The notes below the pieces were generated by a model. It was not told the DNA's origin, did not search any database, and saw only the letters and a program-made list of their open reading frames with translations. A program made the translations under genes and the position numbers. Below, piece by piece: positions 40,945 to 49,923 of a stretch of 64,000 nt of DNA. Within the stretch, counting starts at the first letter, position 1; each line of letters starts with the position of its first letter. Source of the DNA: an uncultured delta proteobacterium. GTDB lineage: Bacteria; Desulfobacterota; Desulfobacteria; Desulfobacterales; B30-G6. The stretch is from positions 1,472,001-1,536,000 of the forward strand of contig CAWGLD010000001.1 of NCBI GenBank assembly GCA_963823335.1. The letters run 5' to 3'.

Positions 40945-41142
40945 TCAACTCATTTGGTACGAATCACATTGGGAACATCGGTCATTCAATTCCTGTGCCC
41001 TCTGGTCGTCTAATGCAAAGTTTGATGGATCGTTGAACAGGGACAGGATCATTTCCGGGTTTTTACTGTACAGACACTGACCTGCATTTAGATTGTCGCA
41101 TTTGGTGAACAGTAGTGTTTTATCCGATCCTTGGTTGGGCAT
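40945..41142 (-). CDS. Small cysteine-containing hypothetical protein
   Basis: 65 aa with four Cys (C..C..CSQC); AAAGGT upstream. Confidence 0.45.
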   Translation of the reverse strand: MPNQGSDKTLLFTKCDNLNAGQCLYSKNPEMILSLFNDPSNFALDDQRAQELNDRCSQCDSYQMS

Positions 41143-41378
41143 GGTAAAACCTTTTTTGAAGAGGTTATAGGTAAAGCGTCAATAAGCCAATGTGAAAAAG
41201 CCCCCAAGATGGAGAAAGCACTGGCAAATGAATTATCTTCTCAGGGGCTTTTTACAGGGCCGGAGGTGCCGCTGGGTGGGCAAACCCAGAGCGCATCCCT
41301 GTAATTATTTTCTAATTCAAATTGACAAGACAATCAAGACTACTTAATAACCCATATAATACCTATACAATATGGGTG

Positions 41379-42362
41379 TTATGCGAGGGATGTCAGGTGG
41401 GACTGTAGATTGACTTTTGTATTTTTTATTCCGAGCTTATTTCTTATATTTTCCCTATGGCGTGCTACTGTTTTATGTGAAAGATTTCGGATCGTTGCTA
41501 TTTCTTTTGTCCCCTTGCCCTGTCTTATAAGAGAAGCCACTTTTATTTCGGCAGGCGTTAATCCGAAAGAATTAGAGGACAGTTGGAGGGAAAATGGTGA
41601 AACAATTTCGTGCAGACTTGATTCTATAACATCAAGCAAGGCAATTTGTGTTTCGGTGAGTTTGCCTTTTTTTAATTTTTCGACATAGGGGAGCGCCAAT
41701 CTTTTTACATTGGACAGTACCTGTTCTTGCAAGAGTATTTTATCTTCTTCTCTTTTTTCTAACAGGACGTTCAGGGCGACATTTATCTCTTCAAGCTTAT
41801 TTGTCTTTGATTCTAATTCTTTGGTTCGATCTTTTACCATGTATTCCAGATTTTCTGAATATGCTTTTATCTTTTCCTCTGCTTGTTTGCGCTCGGTGAC
41901 ATCACGGGTGATGCCTATGACACCGGTAGGCAAACCGGCTTTATCTCGCAGAAAAGAAACTTTAACCTCAATTGGAAGGACGCTGCCGTCTTTGCGTATT
42001 GTATCCAGTTCCAAAACAATTGACCGGTCCGGCAAGACCCCTGGATCGCCGTCACATCCAATCTCCTCTGAAAAGGTTTGTATCACTTTTTGATAAGACT
42101 TAGGTGTGAATGCTTGTTCCAAATCAATTTGCATAAGCTCCTCAGGTTTATATCCCTGCAGCTTCTTAACCGATGGGCTAATATAGGTAAACTTGAGGTC
42201 CATACCTAATATCCAGATGACATCGGTTACGTTGCTTTCTAGCAATTGATACTTGTGTACGTTTTCTCTCAATGCTTCTTCCGTACGCTTACATTCCGAT
42301 TCAATTTTCTCTAATTCAAGAATCCGCTTTTCTAATTCAGCGTAGGTTGGCTTTTCAGACAT
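41379..42362 (-). CDS. PAS-domain LuxR-family transcriptional regulator
   Basis: KPTYAELEKRI coiled coil, PAS/PAC (FTYISPSV, RKDGS, ITRDVTERK), C-terminal HTH LTPAEIKVA...HRENIRNKLG. Confidence 0.92.
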   Translation of the reverse strand: MSEKPTYAELEKRILELEKIESECKRTEEALRENVHKYQLLESNVTDVIWILGMDLKFTYISPSVKKLQGYKPEELMQIDLEQAFTPKSYQKVIQTFSEEIGCDGDPGVLPDRSIVLELDTIRKDGSVLPIEVKVSFLRDKAGLPTGVIGITRDVTERKQAEEKIKAYSENLEYMVKDRTKELESKTNKLEEINVALNVLLEKREEDKILLQEQVLSNVKRLALPYVEKLKKGKLTETQIALLDVIESSLHEIVSPFSLQLSSNSFGLTPAEIKVASLIRQGKGTKEIATIRNLSHKTVARHRENIRNKLGIKNTKVNLQSHLTSLA

Positions 42363-42652
42363 GAAATACACCTATATTTTTCAAATATTATGAATTGTAG
42401 ATACTTGCATTATTGTTAGGTTACACCTAACTCAAGTATGGTTGAAGCTATTGTGAAACGTGTGAACGAAAGACTGAACCGGGTGTATTGTGGTGCGGTG
42501 TGTTAGAAGGTTAGGTCAAATTCTCGCCTGATTCAGATTAAAGCGCACAATATCAATAAACTATGAAAACCACAATGGGTCTTTCAAGTACTTTGAATGG
42601 GTTGTGATGTGTTCTGAAAAACCTTCTGAAAACCAAATATTGGGCAAGTAAC

Positions 42653-42822
42653 GATAGATGGAGACAAGTACAGTTATCAAGTTTGATGCAAATATTGCCG
42701 ATACCATCTGGTCATGCCCACAGTACCACGTGAGCCACTATGAATACAAGATTCAGTCGGTTGTGATTATTTTCGCACACCGGCAATTTTTAGGCACTTG
42801 ATATCTACCGAATCGTTGGAGA
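42653..42822. repeat. Island repeat B, full copy 3 (170 bp)
   Basis: Invariant core at 42760-42783; about 80% identical to copy 1. Confidence 0.9.
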
Positions 42823-42849
42823 AAGTCCCATCCTCTTACCAAAAAGATG

Positions 42850-43092
42850 TTACCCGTTTTCTTTCTCCCGCCATTTGCCAAACGCTCCTCGTGATGACTC
42901 CTCGTATTTTGGGAGATCATCTGTAATTTCATAGTAATCACCAGCCTGCGAAAGCCAAACGTGTCCCATTGTTCTTAGCCCTGTCGGCAGATTAAGTGTC
43001 CCAGCAGAAATCCATATTTTGTCTCTGGTTTCCCTCGGATCCCAGAACAGGCTGGAACCGCATTCTTTACAAAAACCACGGTAAATGCCTGG
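42850..43092 (-). pseudogene. C-terminal half of a GFA/CENP-V family protein truncated by IS21
   Basis: Manual translation PGIYRGFCKECGSSLFWDP...ISAGTL..PTGL....HVWLSQAGDYYEITDDLPKY; starts at the IS end. Confidence 0.85.
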
Positions 43093-43189
43093 TTGTCAAT
43101 CGGCTTCCAAAAATGACCCACTACCGGCGTGCAAAATTGACCCACCCCAGCACATAAAAAGTTAATGTAAATAACATCAGATCCCTCCG

Positions 43190-43921
43190 CTAAGAGACTC
43201 TGTCTTTCATCCTCCAGCTTTCATTTCCGGTTTCAATGATTTCACAATGGTGCGTAAGACGGTCCAACATGGCCGTGGTCATCTTTTTGTCACCAAAGAC
43301 CTGCGGCCATTCCCCAAACCCCAGGTTGGTGGTAACGATAACAGATGTCTGCTCGTAGAGTTTTGAGATCAGATGGAACAACAATTGGCTGCCATTTTTT
43401 GAGAACGGCAGATAGCCCAGTTCATCAAGCACGACCAGATCAAACCGAACGAGTTGGGATGCCAACTTGCCGCCATCACCTGCCAGCTTTTCTTGTTCCA
43501 GTTCATTAGCCAGGTCCACCAAGTTGTAGAACTTTGCACGTGAGCCGTCTCTGATGGTTTGGGCAGTTATGGCAATGGCAAGATGAGTTTTTCCTGTACC
43601 CGTACCTCCGACCAAAATGAGATTGGAGTGACCTTCCAAAAAATCGCCTTGATACAGGGATCTAATCTGCAGTTCATCCACTCCGGCTTCTTCGAAGTTA
43701 AAGGTGTCAAGAGCCTTCATCGCCGGGAAGCGGGCCTGCCCCATGCGGTACCTGATGCTACGCAAATGCCGCTCGGCAGCTTCAGCTTCCAGAAGTTCAA
43801 GAAGGATCTTTTCGGGAGTTGATCGCTGCTTTCGTCCGCTGGTGAGAACCTCATCATAGACAGCATGCATCCCTCTCAGCTTGAGCGTTTCCATGGTTTG
43901 CAAAATATTATTTCGCAGCAT
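43190..43921 (-). CDS. istB: IS21-family helper ATPase IstB
   Basis: Walker [47 protein letters not shown]. Confidence 0.97.
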   Translation of the reverse strand: MLRNNILQTMETLKLRGMHAVYDEVLTSGRKQRSTPEKILLELLEAEAAERHLRSIRYRMGQARFPAMKALDTFNFEEAGVDELQIRSLYQGDFLEGHSNLILVGGTGTGKTHLAIAITAQTIRDGSRAKFYNLVDLANELEQEKLAGDGGKLASQLVRFDLVVLDELGYLPFSKNGSQLLFHLISKLYEQTSVIVTTNLGFGEWPQVFGDKKMTTAMLDRLTHHCEIIETGNESWRMKDRVS

Positions 43922-44095
43922 GCTGCCTCCGATCGATTAACATCTCATAGCGATGACAATCGGCAATAGGTTCATTTATCAGCATCAGTTGCTCAGGCAG
44001 ATCAATCACCGTTGTTTGTTCTTTATCCTGGCTGCGGTGCAAAATGTTCAAGACCACTTCCTTGCTGACGACCGGCATTTTCAACGCCTGTCGAC
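43908..44095 (-). pseudogene. istA: IstA transposase C-terminal fragment
   Basis: SKEVVLNILHR...L..EPIADCHRYEML, overlapping the istB start. Confidence 0.8.
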
Positions 44096-44096
44096 A

Positions 44097-44633
44097 CAAT
44101 GGGATGATATTAATTTTGAGGAACGATATATTCATATTCAAAGGGGATTGGCACGGGGAAAAATATCATACCCGAAATCAGGTAAAGACCGAAAAGTCGA
44201 TATGAGTCCACAACTGGCAGAAACCCTGAAATGCTTAAAAGGTACCTTCAGGCTGAAGATTGTGGCCGACAACCCTGAACCTGAATATGTCTTTAAGAAC
44301 AGTAGCGGCGAATTGGTTAATTTGAACAATTGGAGAAAGCGGATTTATTTCAAGGTGATTGAAAAGGCAGAAATCCGAAAGATAAGGATTCACGATCTGA
44401 GGCATACATATGCCACCCTTAGGATCAATAAGGGTGACAACATAGCCGATGTGTCAAATCAGCTTGGACACCATTCAGTCAAGTTGACATTGGACGTTTA
44501 TCACCATTGGATGCCAGGTGATAAGAAAGCTGAAGTTGACGCCCTGGATGATCTTTCCCCGATGCACCCAAATACACCCCATATGCACCCTGCCACTTCA
44601 GAAAGTAAAAAAGGGGCAGCCAGTGTTGGCTAA
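44097..44633 (+). pseudogene. Tyrosine integrase, C-terminal catalytic fragment
   Basis: QWDDINF, PKSGKDRKV, IHDLRHTYAT, VSNQLGHHSVKLTLDVYHH; N-terminus and first catalytic Arg box missing. Confidence 0.9.
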
Positions 44634-44647
44634 CCCCTTGAATGTTA

Positions 44648-44722
44648 TGGTGATCCCACCGGGATTCGAACCCGGGTTACCGGCGTGAGAGGCCGGCGTC
44701 CTAACCACTAGACGATGGGACC
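44648..44722 (-). tRNA. tRNA-Glu (anticodon CTC)
   Basis: GGTCCCATCGTCTAGTGGTTAGGACGCCGGCCTCTCACGCCGGTAACCCGGGTTCGAATCCCGGTGGGATCACCA. Confidence 0.97.
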
Positions 44723-44823
44723 ATAATTTTTCTTTGAAAATTTATCAAGTACGGTTTCGTCGCTTCTTGACTGAAACTGATCTAATATTAGAATTTCTAA
44801 TTAATTGTCAAACAAATTATTAT

Positions 44824-44899
44824 TTGAAGAACCTCGCAGCATGCGAAGCACTGCCGAACGGCAGAACCTGCGGGGTTAGCGCTCGCTGTTGCGGTTCAA
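44824..44899 (+). repeat. MITE-like repeat family 1, 76-bp copy
   Basis: TTGAAGAACCTCGCAGCATGCGAAGCACTGCCGAACGGCAG...GCGGTTCAA. Confidence 0.9.
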
Positions 44900-45120
44900 A
44901 AAAGATTTTGAAGATTCTTCTTTCTGCCTTTTCTATATCCGAAGATGAAATATATGGGCGAGCCCACAAACGGGATCGCGGCGATCAAACCCCAGAGGGC
45001 TTTTTTCCCGATGGTGCCGAAATCTTTCTGAAGGCAGTCGACGATGGCCCAGACTGTCAGAAAGAAAAAGGGTACGGTCAAAAGAACTACGACACCCACT
45101 GTTTTTAATTCTTGTATCAT
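44896..45120 (-). CDS. Small membrane protein (PLDc_N-like)
   Basis: WAIVDC...KALWGLIAAIPFVGSPIYFIFG pattern. Confidence 0.75.
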   Translation of the reverse strand: MIQELKTVGVVVLLTVPFFFLTVWAIVDCLQKDFGTIGKKALWGLIAAIPFVGSPIYFIFGYRKGRKKNLQNLF

Positions 45121-45132
45121 GAATCGCTCAAC

Positions 45133-46011
45133 TTAGGACAATAGATCTGCTATCTTTAGTATGGTATTTACGTAATAGTCGCTGTGATTGTAGCGATGAA
45201 TAATCCTTTTGGCTTTTTCCGTATCGATTCCCGGTTTCCACCCAAAGCGTTTCAGGAAGCTGGCGATACTGGCCATGGCATCGGCGTGGGTGAACAGATC
45301 GATAACGCCGTCCTGATTTCCGTCGCGTGCGTAGGCCAGAAGGGTGGTGGGCATGAACTGGGCGATACCCAGGGCACCGGCATAGGATCCTTGAATAAGC
45401 ACCGGATCGAAATTTTCATTCTGCGTATACTGCAGGAAAGCTTTCAATTCCTTATAGGCCCAAGCAGATTTGCGGATGGCCCTTTTCTGGAAATCTGTTT
45501 TGCTGATCTCATCCTTACGTTTGAAATTTCTCCAAAAATCATCCCGAACCACAGGGTCGTCAAAAGCGGATAGAGACGATAAGGTATTCAAAACGGAACG
45601 ATTGCCCAGGGTGGTACCCAGCCCGGTTTCAACCAGAATAATAGCTGTGATGACCTGCTTGTCCACCCCGTAGGCTTGTTCTGTTTTCTCCAGTTGGTCA
45701 CGGTGTTTCTGCATGTATTTTCTTGCTTGACCGATGGACCAGTCATTGGTGAACTGATCGTAGTTCAACTTGCCCTCACTGTGCACAAAAAAGAGAGAGA
45801 CAGTCTGCCTTTCAAACGATACCCGGGGATTTTGATAAAATTTCAGGATGTTATCTGGTTGAAAGCCGTCCTGGATTAACTTTTCCTGCAGGGCCTTGAA
45901 TTGCCAGATTCCGTTAGGTGTGTCCGCCGCTGCATCCCCAGGCCATAAAACGGGAACAGCAAGAACGATGATGGATAACAGCAACATTCTGAGCGATAAA
46001 TTTAATTTCAT
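45133..46011 (-). CDS. Lytic murein transglycosylase (MltB/SLT_2 family)
   Basis: Catalytic ILVET, GSYAGALGIAQFMPT, DGNQDGVIDL, YNHSDYY. Confidence 0.92.
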   Translation of the reverse strand: MKLNLSLRMLLLSIIVLAVPVLWPGDAAADTPNGIWQFKALQEKLIQDGFQPDNILKFYQNPRVSFERQTVSLFFVHSEGKLNYDQFTNDWSIGQARKYMQKHRDQLEKTEQAYGVDKQVITAIILVETGLGTTLGNRSVLNTLSSLSAFDDPVVRDDFWRNFKRKDEISKTDFQKRAIRKSAWAYKELKAFLQYTQNENFDPVLIQGSYAGALGIAQFMPTTLLAYARDGNQDGVIDLFTHADAMASIASFLKRFGWKPGIDTEKAKRIIHRYNHSDYYVNTILKIADLLS

Positions 46012-46121
46012 GGGTTTGGTTCCGTTTCTCTACCTTTATCATTTATTGAGATCGTGTTATATTTCAACGATTCTGCGAAAAGCAGCGAAACGTATAGCAC
46101 ATTTAACAAAGATTGGATAGC

Positions 46122-47489
46122 GTGAATAAGAATATTAAAACGATATATGCCTGCCAGACATGCGGGTATGAAACACCTAAGTGGATGGGGAAGTGCCCGG
46201 ATTGCGGGGAATGGCATACCTTTGTCGAGGAAACAAAAACATCCAAACGCGCTCCCGGATTTGCCGGCAAGGGCTCGGTCGCGAGTGCGGAGGTCATTGC
46301 CGTGTCCGACATTGACGGCCAGGATGAAACCAGGATTCAGACCGGTATAGCAGAACTGGACCGCGTTTTGGGGGGTGGGCTGGTACCGGGGACCCTGATT
46401 TTGATCGGTGGTGATCCCGGTATCGGAAAGTCGACCTTGATGCTTCAGGCCCTTCATGGGCTTTCCCAGGATGGGCAGAAGGTGCTCTATATATCCGGCG
46501 AAGAATCCGTCCGGCAACTCGGTCTGCGAAGCAAGCGGCTTGCGACCCTGTCGGCCGATATCCTGGCTGTTTCCGAAATCGAGATCGATGCTATCCTGGC
46601 GATTGTCGAAAAAATCCGACCGGGAGTGATCGTTATCGACTCTATACAGACCATGTACAGCGCGGACCTAACCTCGGCACCCGGGAGTGTGAGCCAGGTC
46701 AGGGAGTCTGCCATGCGGCTGATGCTCATGGCAAAGCAGAAAGGCATTCCGACATTTCTGGTGGGGCACGTGACCAAGGAAGGCGCCATTGCCGGGCCAC
46801 GGTTGCTGGAGCACATGGTAGACACGGTGCTTTACTTCGAGGGTGACAGGAATCATGTTTTCCGGATTCTGCGGGCCGTAAAGAACCGCTTCGGATCGAC
46901 AAACGAAATCGGTGTTTTCGAGATGAAGGAAAATGGCTTGAACGAGGTGGACAACCCCTCTGCCATTTTCCTGTCCGAGCGACCGGAATCATCTCCGGGA
47001 TCGGTTGTAACATCGAGCATGGAAGGGACCCGCCCTATTCTTGTGGAGTTGCAGGCGCTTGCCAGCAGCACCAATTTAGGTACCCCCCGCAGGACGATAC
47101 TGGGTCTGGATCAGAATCGTGTGGCGCTTCTAGTGGCTGTCATGGAGAAAAAGCTGGGCATGCATCTTCTGGGTCATGATATTTTCATGAACGTCGCCGG
47201 GGGGCTCAGAATCGATGAGCCGGGGGTGGATCTGGGTATTGTATCGGCCATTGCATCCAGTTTTCTGGATCAGCCGGTCACGGGTGGCACGGCCGTGGTC
47301 GGCGAGGTGGGTCTGACAGGTGAAGTAAGGGCGGTGGGTCAGATCGAGACCCGGGCAGGTGAAATGAAAAAGATGGGATTCACTCGCTGCCTTGTGCCCC
47401 GAAACAACCTGGAACGCATGGCGATTGTGAAAGGGCTCGACCTGATCGGTGTTAAGAATATTGCGGAGGCCATGGAAGCGTTGTTCTAA
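46122..47489 (+). CDS. radA: DNA repair protein RadA/Sms
   Basis: CQTCG..KWMGKCPDCGEW zinc finger, GDPGIGKST, KNRFG. Confidence 0.97.
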   Translation: MNKNIKTIYACQTCGYETPKWMGKCPDCGEWHTFVEETKTSKRAPGFAGKGSVASAEVIAVSDIDGQDETRIQTGIAELDRVLGGGLVPGTLILIGGDPGIGKSTLMLQALHGLSQDGQKVLYISGEESVRQLGLRSKRLATLSADILAVSEIEIDAILAIVEKIRPGVIVIDSIQTMYSADLTSAPGSVSQVRESAMRLMLMAKQKGIPTFLVGHVTKEGAIAGPRLLEHMVDTVLYFEGDRNHVFRILRAVKNRFGSTNEIGVFEMKENGLNEVDNPSAIFLSERPESSPGSVVTSSMEGTRPILVELQALASSTNLGTPRRTILGLDQNRVALLVAVMEKKLGMHLLGHDIFMNVAGGLRIDEPGVDLGIVSAIASSFLDQPVTGGTAVVGEVGLTGEVRAVGQIETRAGEMKKMGFTRCLVPRNNLERMAIVKGLDLIGVKNIAEAMEALF

Positions 47490-47512
47490 ATTATTTATGG
47501 AGATGATCATAT

Positions 47513-48298
47513 ATGCCGACACCTGTATTAAAAATTGAAAAAGAAGATCGAATTGCTTTGATTACGCTGAATCGACCAGAGTCTATGAATGCACTTTCAA
47601 CCGAATTACGGAATGCGATTTCAGATGCATTTTCCGAGCTGAAGAATGACCCCCAAATACGGGTTGCCATTTTAACCGGCGCCGGGAAGGCTTTCTGTGC
47701 GGGGCTTGATTTGAAAGAGCTCGCCCAAGGAAAAGGTATGATTGACGACCTATCCGAGAAAAGGAGAGCAAAGATAAACCTGACAACACCATTAAAGGAA
47801 TTCGGGAAGCCGGTGATCGGTGCCATCAACGGACCGGCCATTACGGGGGGTTTTGAACTGGCCCTGGGATGTGACATTCTCATCGCATCTACAGGGGCGC
47901 GTTTTGCGGACACTCATGCCAGGGTCGGTATTATTCCGGGGTCGGAGCTAAGTCAGAAATTGTCACGGCTGCTTGGAATATATCGCGCCAAAGAGATCTC
48001 TCTCACCGGGAATTTTATTGATGCACAGCGGGCCCTGGAATGGGGGCTCGTTAATCGTGTGGTATCACCGGAGGACTTGCTGCCTACCTGCCGCGGCATT
48101 GCCGAGGATATTGTATCGTGTCCACAGGATATGATTCTGAAATATAAGAAGCTTATCGATGACGGTTATTATCTAACCTTTGGCGACGGCCTCGAGCTTG
48201 AAAGAAAAACAAATTACGAGCATTTCCAAACTGTCCAGGCGGAAACAATTGCTCAGCGAAGGGCGGATATTTTGGAGAGGGGCCGAAAACAGACCTAA
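47513..48298 (+). CDS. Enoyl-CoA hydratase/isomerase family protein
   Basis: LNRPESMNAL, AFCAGLDL, KPVIGAING.AITGGFELAL, FADTHARVG. Confidence 0.92.
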   Translation: MPTPVLKIEKEDRIALITLNRPESMNALSTELRNAISDAFSELKNDPQIRVAILTGAGKAFCAGLDLKELAQGKGMIDDLSEKRRAKINLTTPLKEFGKPVIGAINGPAITGGFELALGCDILIASTGARFADTHARVGIIPGSELSQKLSRLLGIYRAKEISLTGNFIDAQRALEWGLVNRVVSPEDLLPTCRGIAEDIVSCPQDMILKYKKLIDDGYYLTFGDGLELERKTNYEHFQTVQAETIAQRRADILERGRKQT

Positions 48299-48370
48299 AG
48301 TATTGGGATCATCTCCCAAAGAGTTGATCCCAATATATCCTCATACTTGACTTAACAATGCCGTAACTAT

Positions 48371-48979
48371 ATGAAACGAAAAACATCCAAAGGGAATACC
48401 TGGCAGGACCATTATTCCCGCAAGGCACAAAAGGAAAAATACCCGGCGAGGTCCGTTTACAAACTACAGGAGATCCAGAAAAAATACCGTCTCATACGCA
48501 AGGGTGACAGGGTGTTGGATCTAGGGTGTTCTCCGGGGTCGTGGCTGGCCTATGCGGCAGAGCTGACCGGTGAAGGCGGCCGGGTTGTCGGTGTCGATCT
48601 CAAACCGGTTTCGATTCAACTGCCGGCGCATGTAACGGTCTATAAAGGGGATTTGCTGACCCCTGGAAAGGCGCTGATGGAGAAACTGGGGCAACGGTTT
48701 CATGCCGTCATCAGCGATATGGCGCCGAACACCACCGGGAACAAGGATGTGGACGCCGCCAGATCCTTTGATCTTTGTGAGGCGGCGCTTACGCTTTCCC
48801 AGAAGGTTCTGGTTCCGAATGGCGTGTTTATATGCAAGATTTTCCAGGGAGAGCTGTTCACGGTGTATTCAGACAGGGTCAAGGCGTGTTTTAATCGGCA
48901 GCACATATTCAAACCCCAGAGCAGCCGGAAGGCCAGCAAGGAAATATATATCATCGGCATGGGAAAGATTGGTTCATAA
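48371..48979 (+). CDS. rlmE: 23S rRNA Um2552 methyltransferase RlmE
   Basis: ARSVYKL, DLGCSPGSW, SDMAPNTTG, KP.SSRK.S.EIY. Confidence 0.95.
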   Translation: MKRKTSKGNTWQDHYSRKAQKEKYPARSVYKLQEIQKKYRLIRKGDRVLDLGCSPGSWLAYAAELTGEGGRVVGVDLKPVSIQLPAHVTVYKGDLLTPGKALMEKLGQRFHAVISDMAPNTTGNKDVDAARSFDLCEAALTLSQKVLVPNGVFICKIFQGELFTVYSDRVKACFNRQHIFKPQSSRKASKEIYIIGMGKIGS

Positions 48980-48981
48980 TT

Positions 48982-49096
48982 GTGTTTAGTGTTTGGTATT
49001 TGGTGTTTAGCGGTTGGACTGTTTTATCGTCAGCGAGGCGTTAGCCCCTTCTGTACAGCAACAAAATACAAAACACAAAATGCAAAACACAAATAT
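48982..49096. repeat. Heptamer-repeat hairpin (TGTTTAG/CAAAACA type)
   Basis: TGTTTAG-TGTTTGG-TATTTGG-TGTTTAG ... CAAAATA-CAAAACA-CAAAATG-CAAAACA. Confidence 0.7.
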
Positions 49097-49107
49097 TTTA
49101 GGAGGTA

Positions 49108-49848
49108 ATGATGTCAGGACACAGCAAATGGTCTTCCATAAAGCATAAAAAAGGGGCCGCAGATGCCAAGCGTGGGAAGATATTCACAAAGCTGATCAAG
49201 GAAATAACTGTTGCAGCCCGGATGGGCGGCAGTGGAGACCCGGATGCCAACCCAAGACTCAGAACAGCCATATTGGCGGCTAAGGCTGAGAATATGCCCA
49301 AAGACAACATCGAGCGGGGAATTAAGAAAGGCACAGGGGAACTGGAAGGCGTTGACTACGAAGAAAACACCTATGAAGGGTATGGTCCCGGTGGTGCGGC
49401 GGTTTTTCTGGAATCTCTGACCGACAATAAAAACAGGGCCGTTGCGGATATCCGCCACATTTTTGCTAAATGCGGTGGAAATCTGGGTGAAAACGGCTGT
49501 GTTGCCTGGATGTTCGACAAAAAGGGCTATATCGTTGTGGAACGCTCCGCCATTGATGAGGAATCTCTGATGGAGACGGCTCTCGATGCCGGTGCAGAAG
49601 ATGTCCGGGAGGACGACAGCAATTTTGAAATCATTACGGCACCCGAGGACTTCGAAGCCGTCAAGGCCGCCATCGATGAAAAAGAGATCCCCTATCTGGA
49701 TGCCGAGGTGACCATGCTGCCCCAGACAGCCACCAGTCTTCAGGGGAAAGAAGCTGATCAGATGATCCGGCTGATGGACATGCTGGACGATTGTGAGGAT
49801 GTTCAGAAAGTATATACCAATGCGGATATACCGGATGAGCTGGTATAA
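49108..49848 (+). CDS. yebC: YebC/PmpR family protein
   Basis: [35 protein letters not shown]. Confidence 0.96.
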   Translation: MMSGHSKWSSIKHKKGAADAKRGKIFTKLIKEITVAARMGGSGDPDANPRLRTAILAAKAENMPKDNIERGIKKGTGELEGVDYEENTYEGYGPGGAAVFLESLTDNKNRAVADIRHIFAKCGGNLGENGCVAWMFDKKGYIVVERSAIDEESLMETALDAGAEDVREDDSNFEIITAPEDFEAVKAAIDEKEIPYLDAEVTMLPQTATSLQGKEADQMIRLMDMLDDCEDVQKVYTNADIPDELV

Positions 49849-49854
49849 CTTGGA

Positions 49855-49907
49855 GCAATAAGCTGTAAGCCATAAGCTTTAAGCAGAAAGCAGCTTATGG
49901 CTTTTAC
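49855..49907. repeat. Heptamer-repeat hairpin
   Basis: TAAGCTG-TAAGCCA-TAAGCTT-TAAGC...GCTTATGGCTT, between convergent genes. Confidence 0.65.
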
Positions 49908-49923
49908 AATCCCGTAAACGATG

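Larger units (their letters stand above)
43094..44095 (-). mobile_element. Truncated IS21-family element
   Basis: Terminal TGTCAATCGGC with tandem AAAA(A/T)TGACCCAC repeats, intact istB, istA 3' fragment. Confidence 0.9.
24800..44647. mobile_element. Degenerate tRNA-Glu-linked genomic island (left boundary uncertain)
   Basis: AT-richer sequence, integrase remnant abutting the tRNA 3' end, IS21 remnant, many gene fragments and unrelated cargo. Confidence 0.7.

Noticed and set aside
41255-41301. c-di-GMP-I riboswitch (GGCAAAC)
   Set aside because: Lacks the GNRA-capped P2 and the downstream GCAAAGC...CTAA elements.
42658-42801. 47-aa ORF (METSTVIK...) inside element B copy 3
   Set aside because: The frame is interrupted by stops in copies 1 and 2, and substitutions are not biased toward synonymous sites.
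37695-42822. CRISPR array built on the invariant 24-mer
   Set aside because: Copies are kilobases apart within longer conserved blocks; there is no repeat-spacer periodicity and no cas gene.
43953-44633. Intact 226-aa integrase
   Set aside because: The first ~48 codons are the antisense of the istA fragment; the N-terminal domains and first catalytic Arg are absent.
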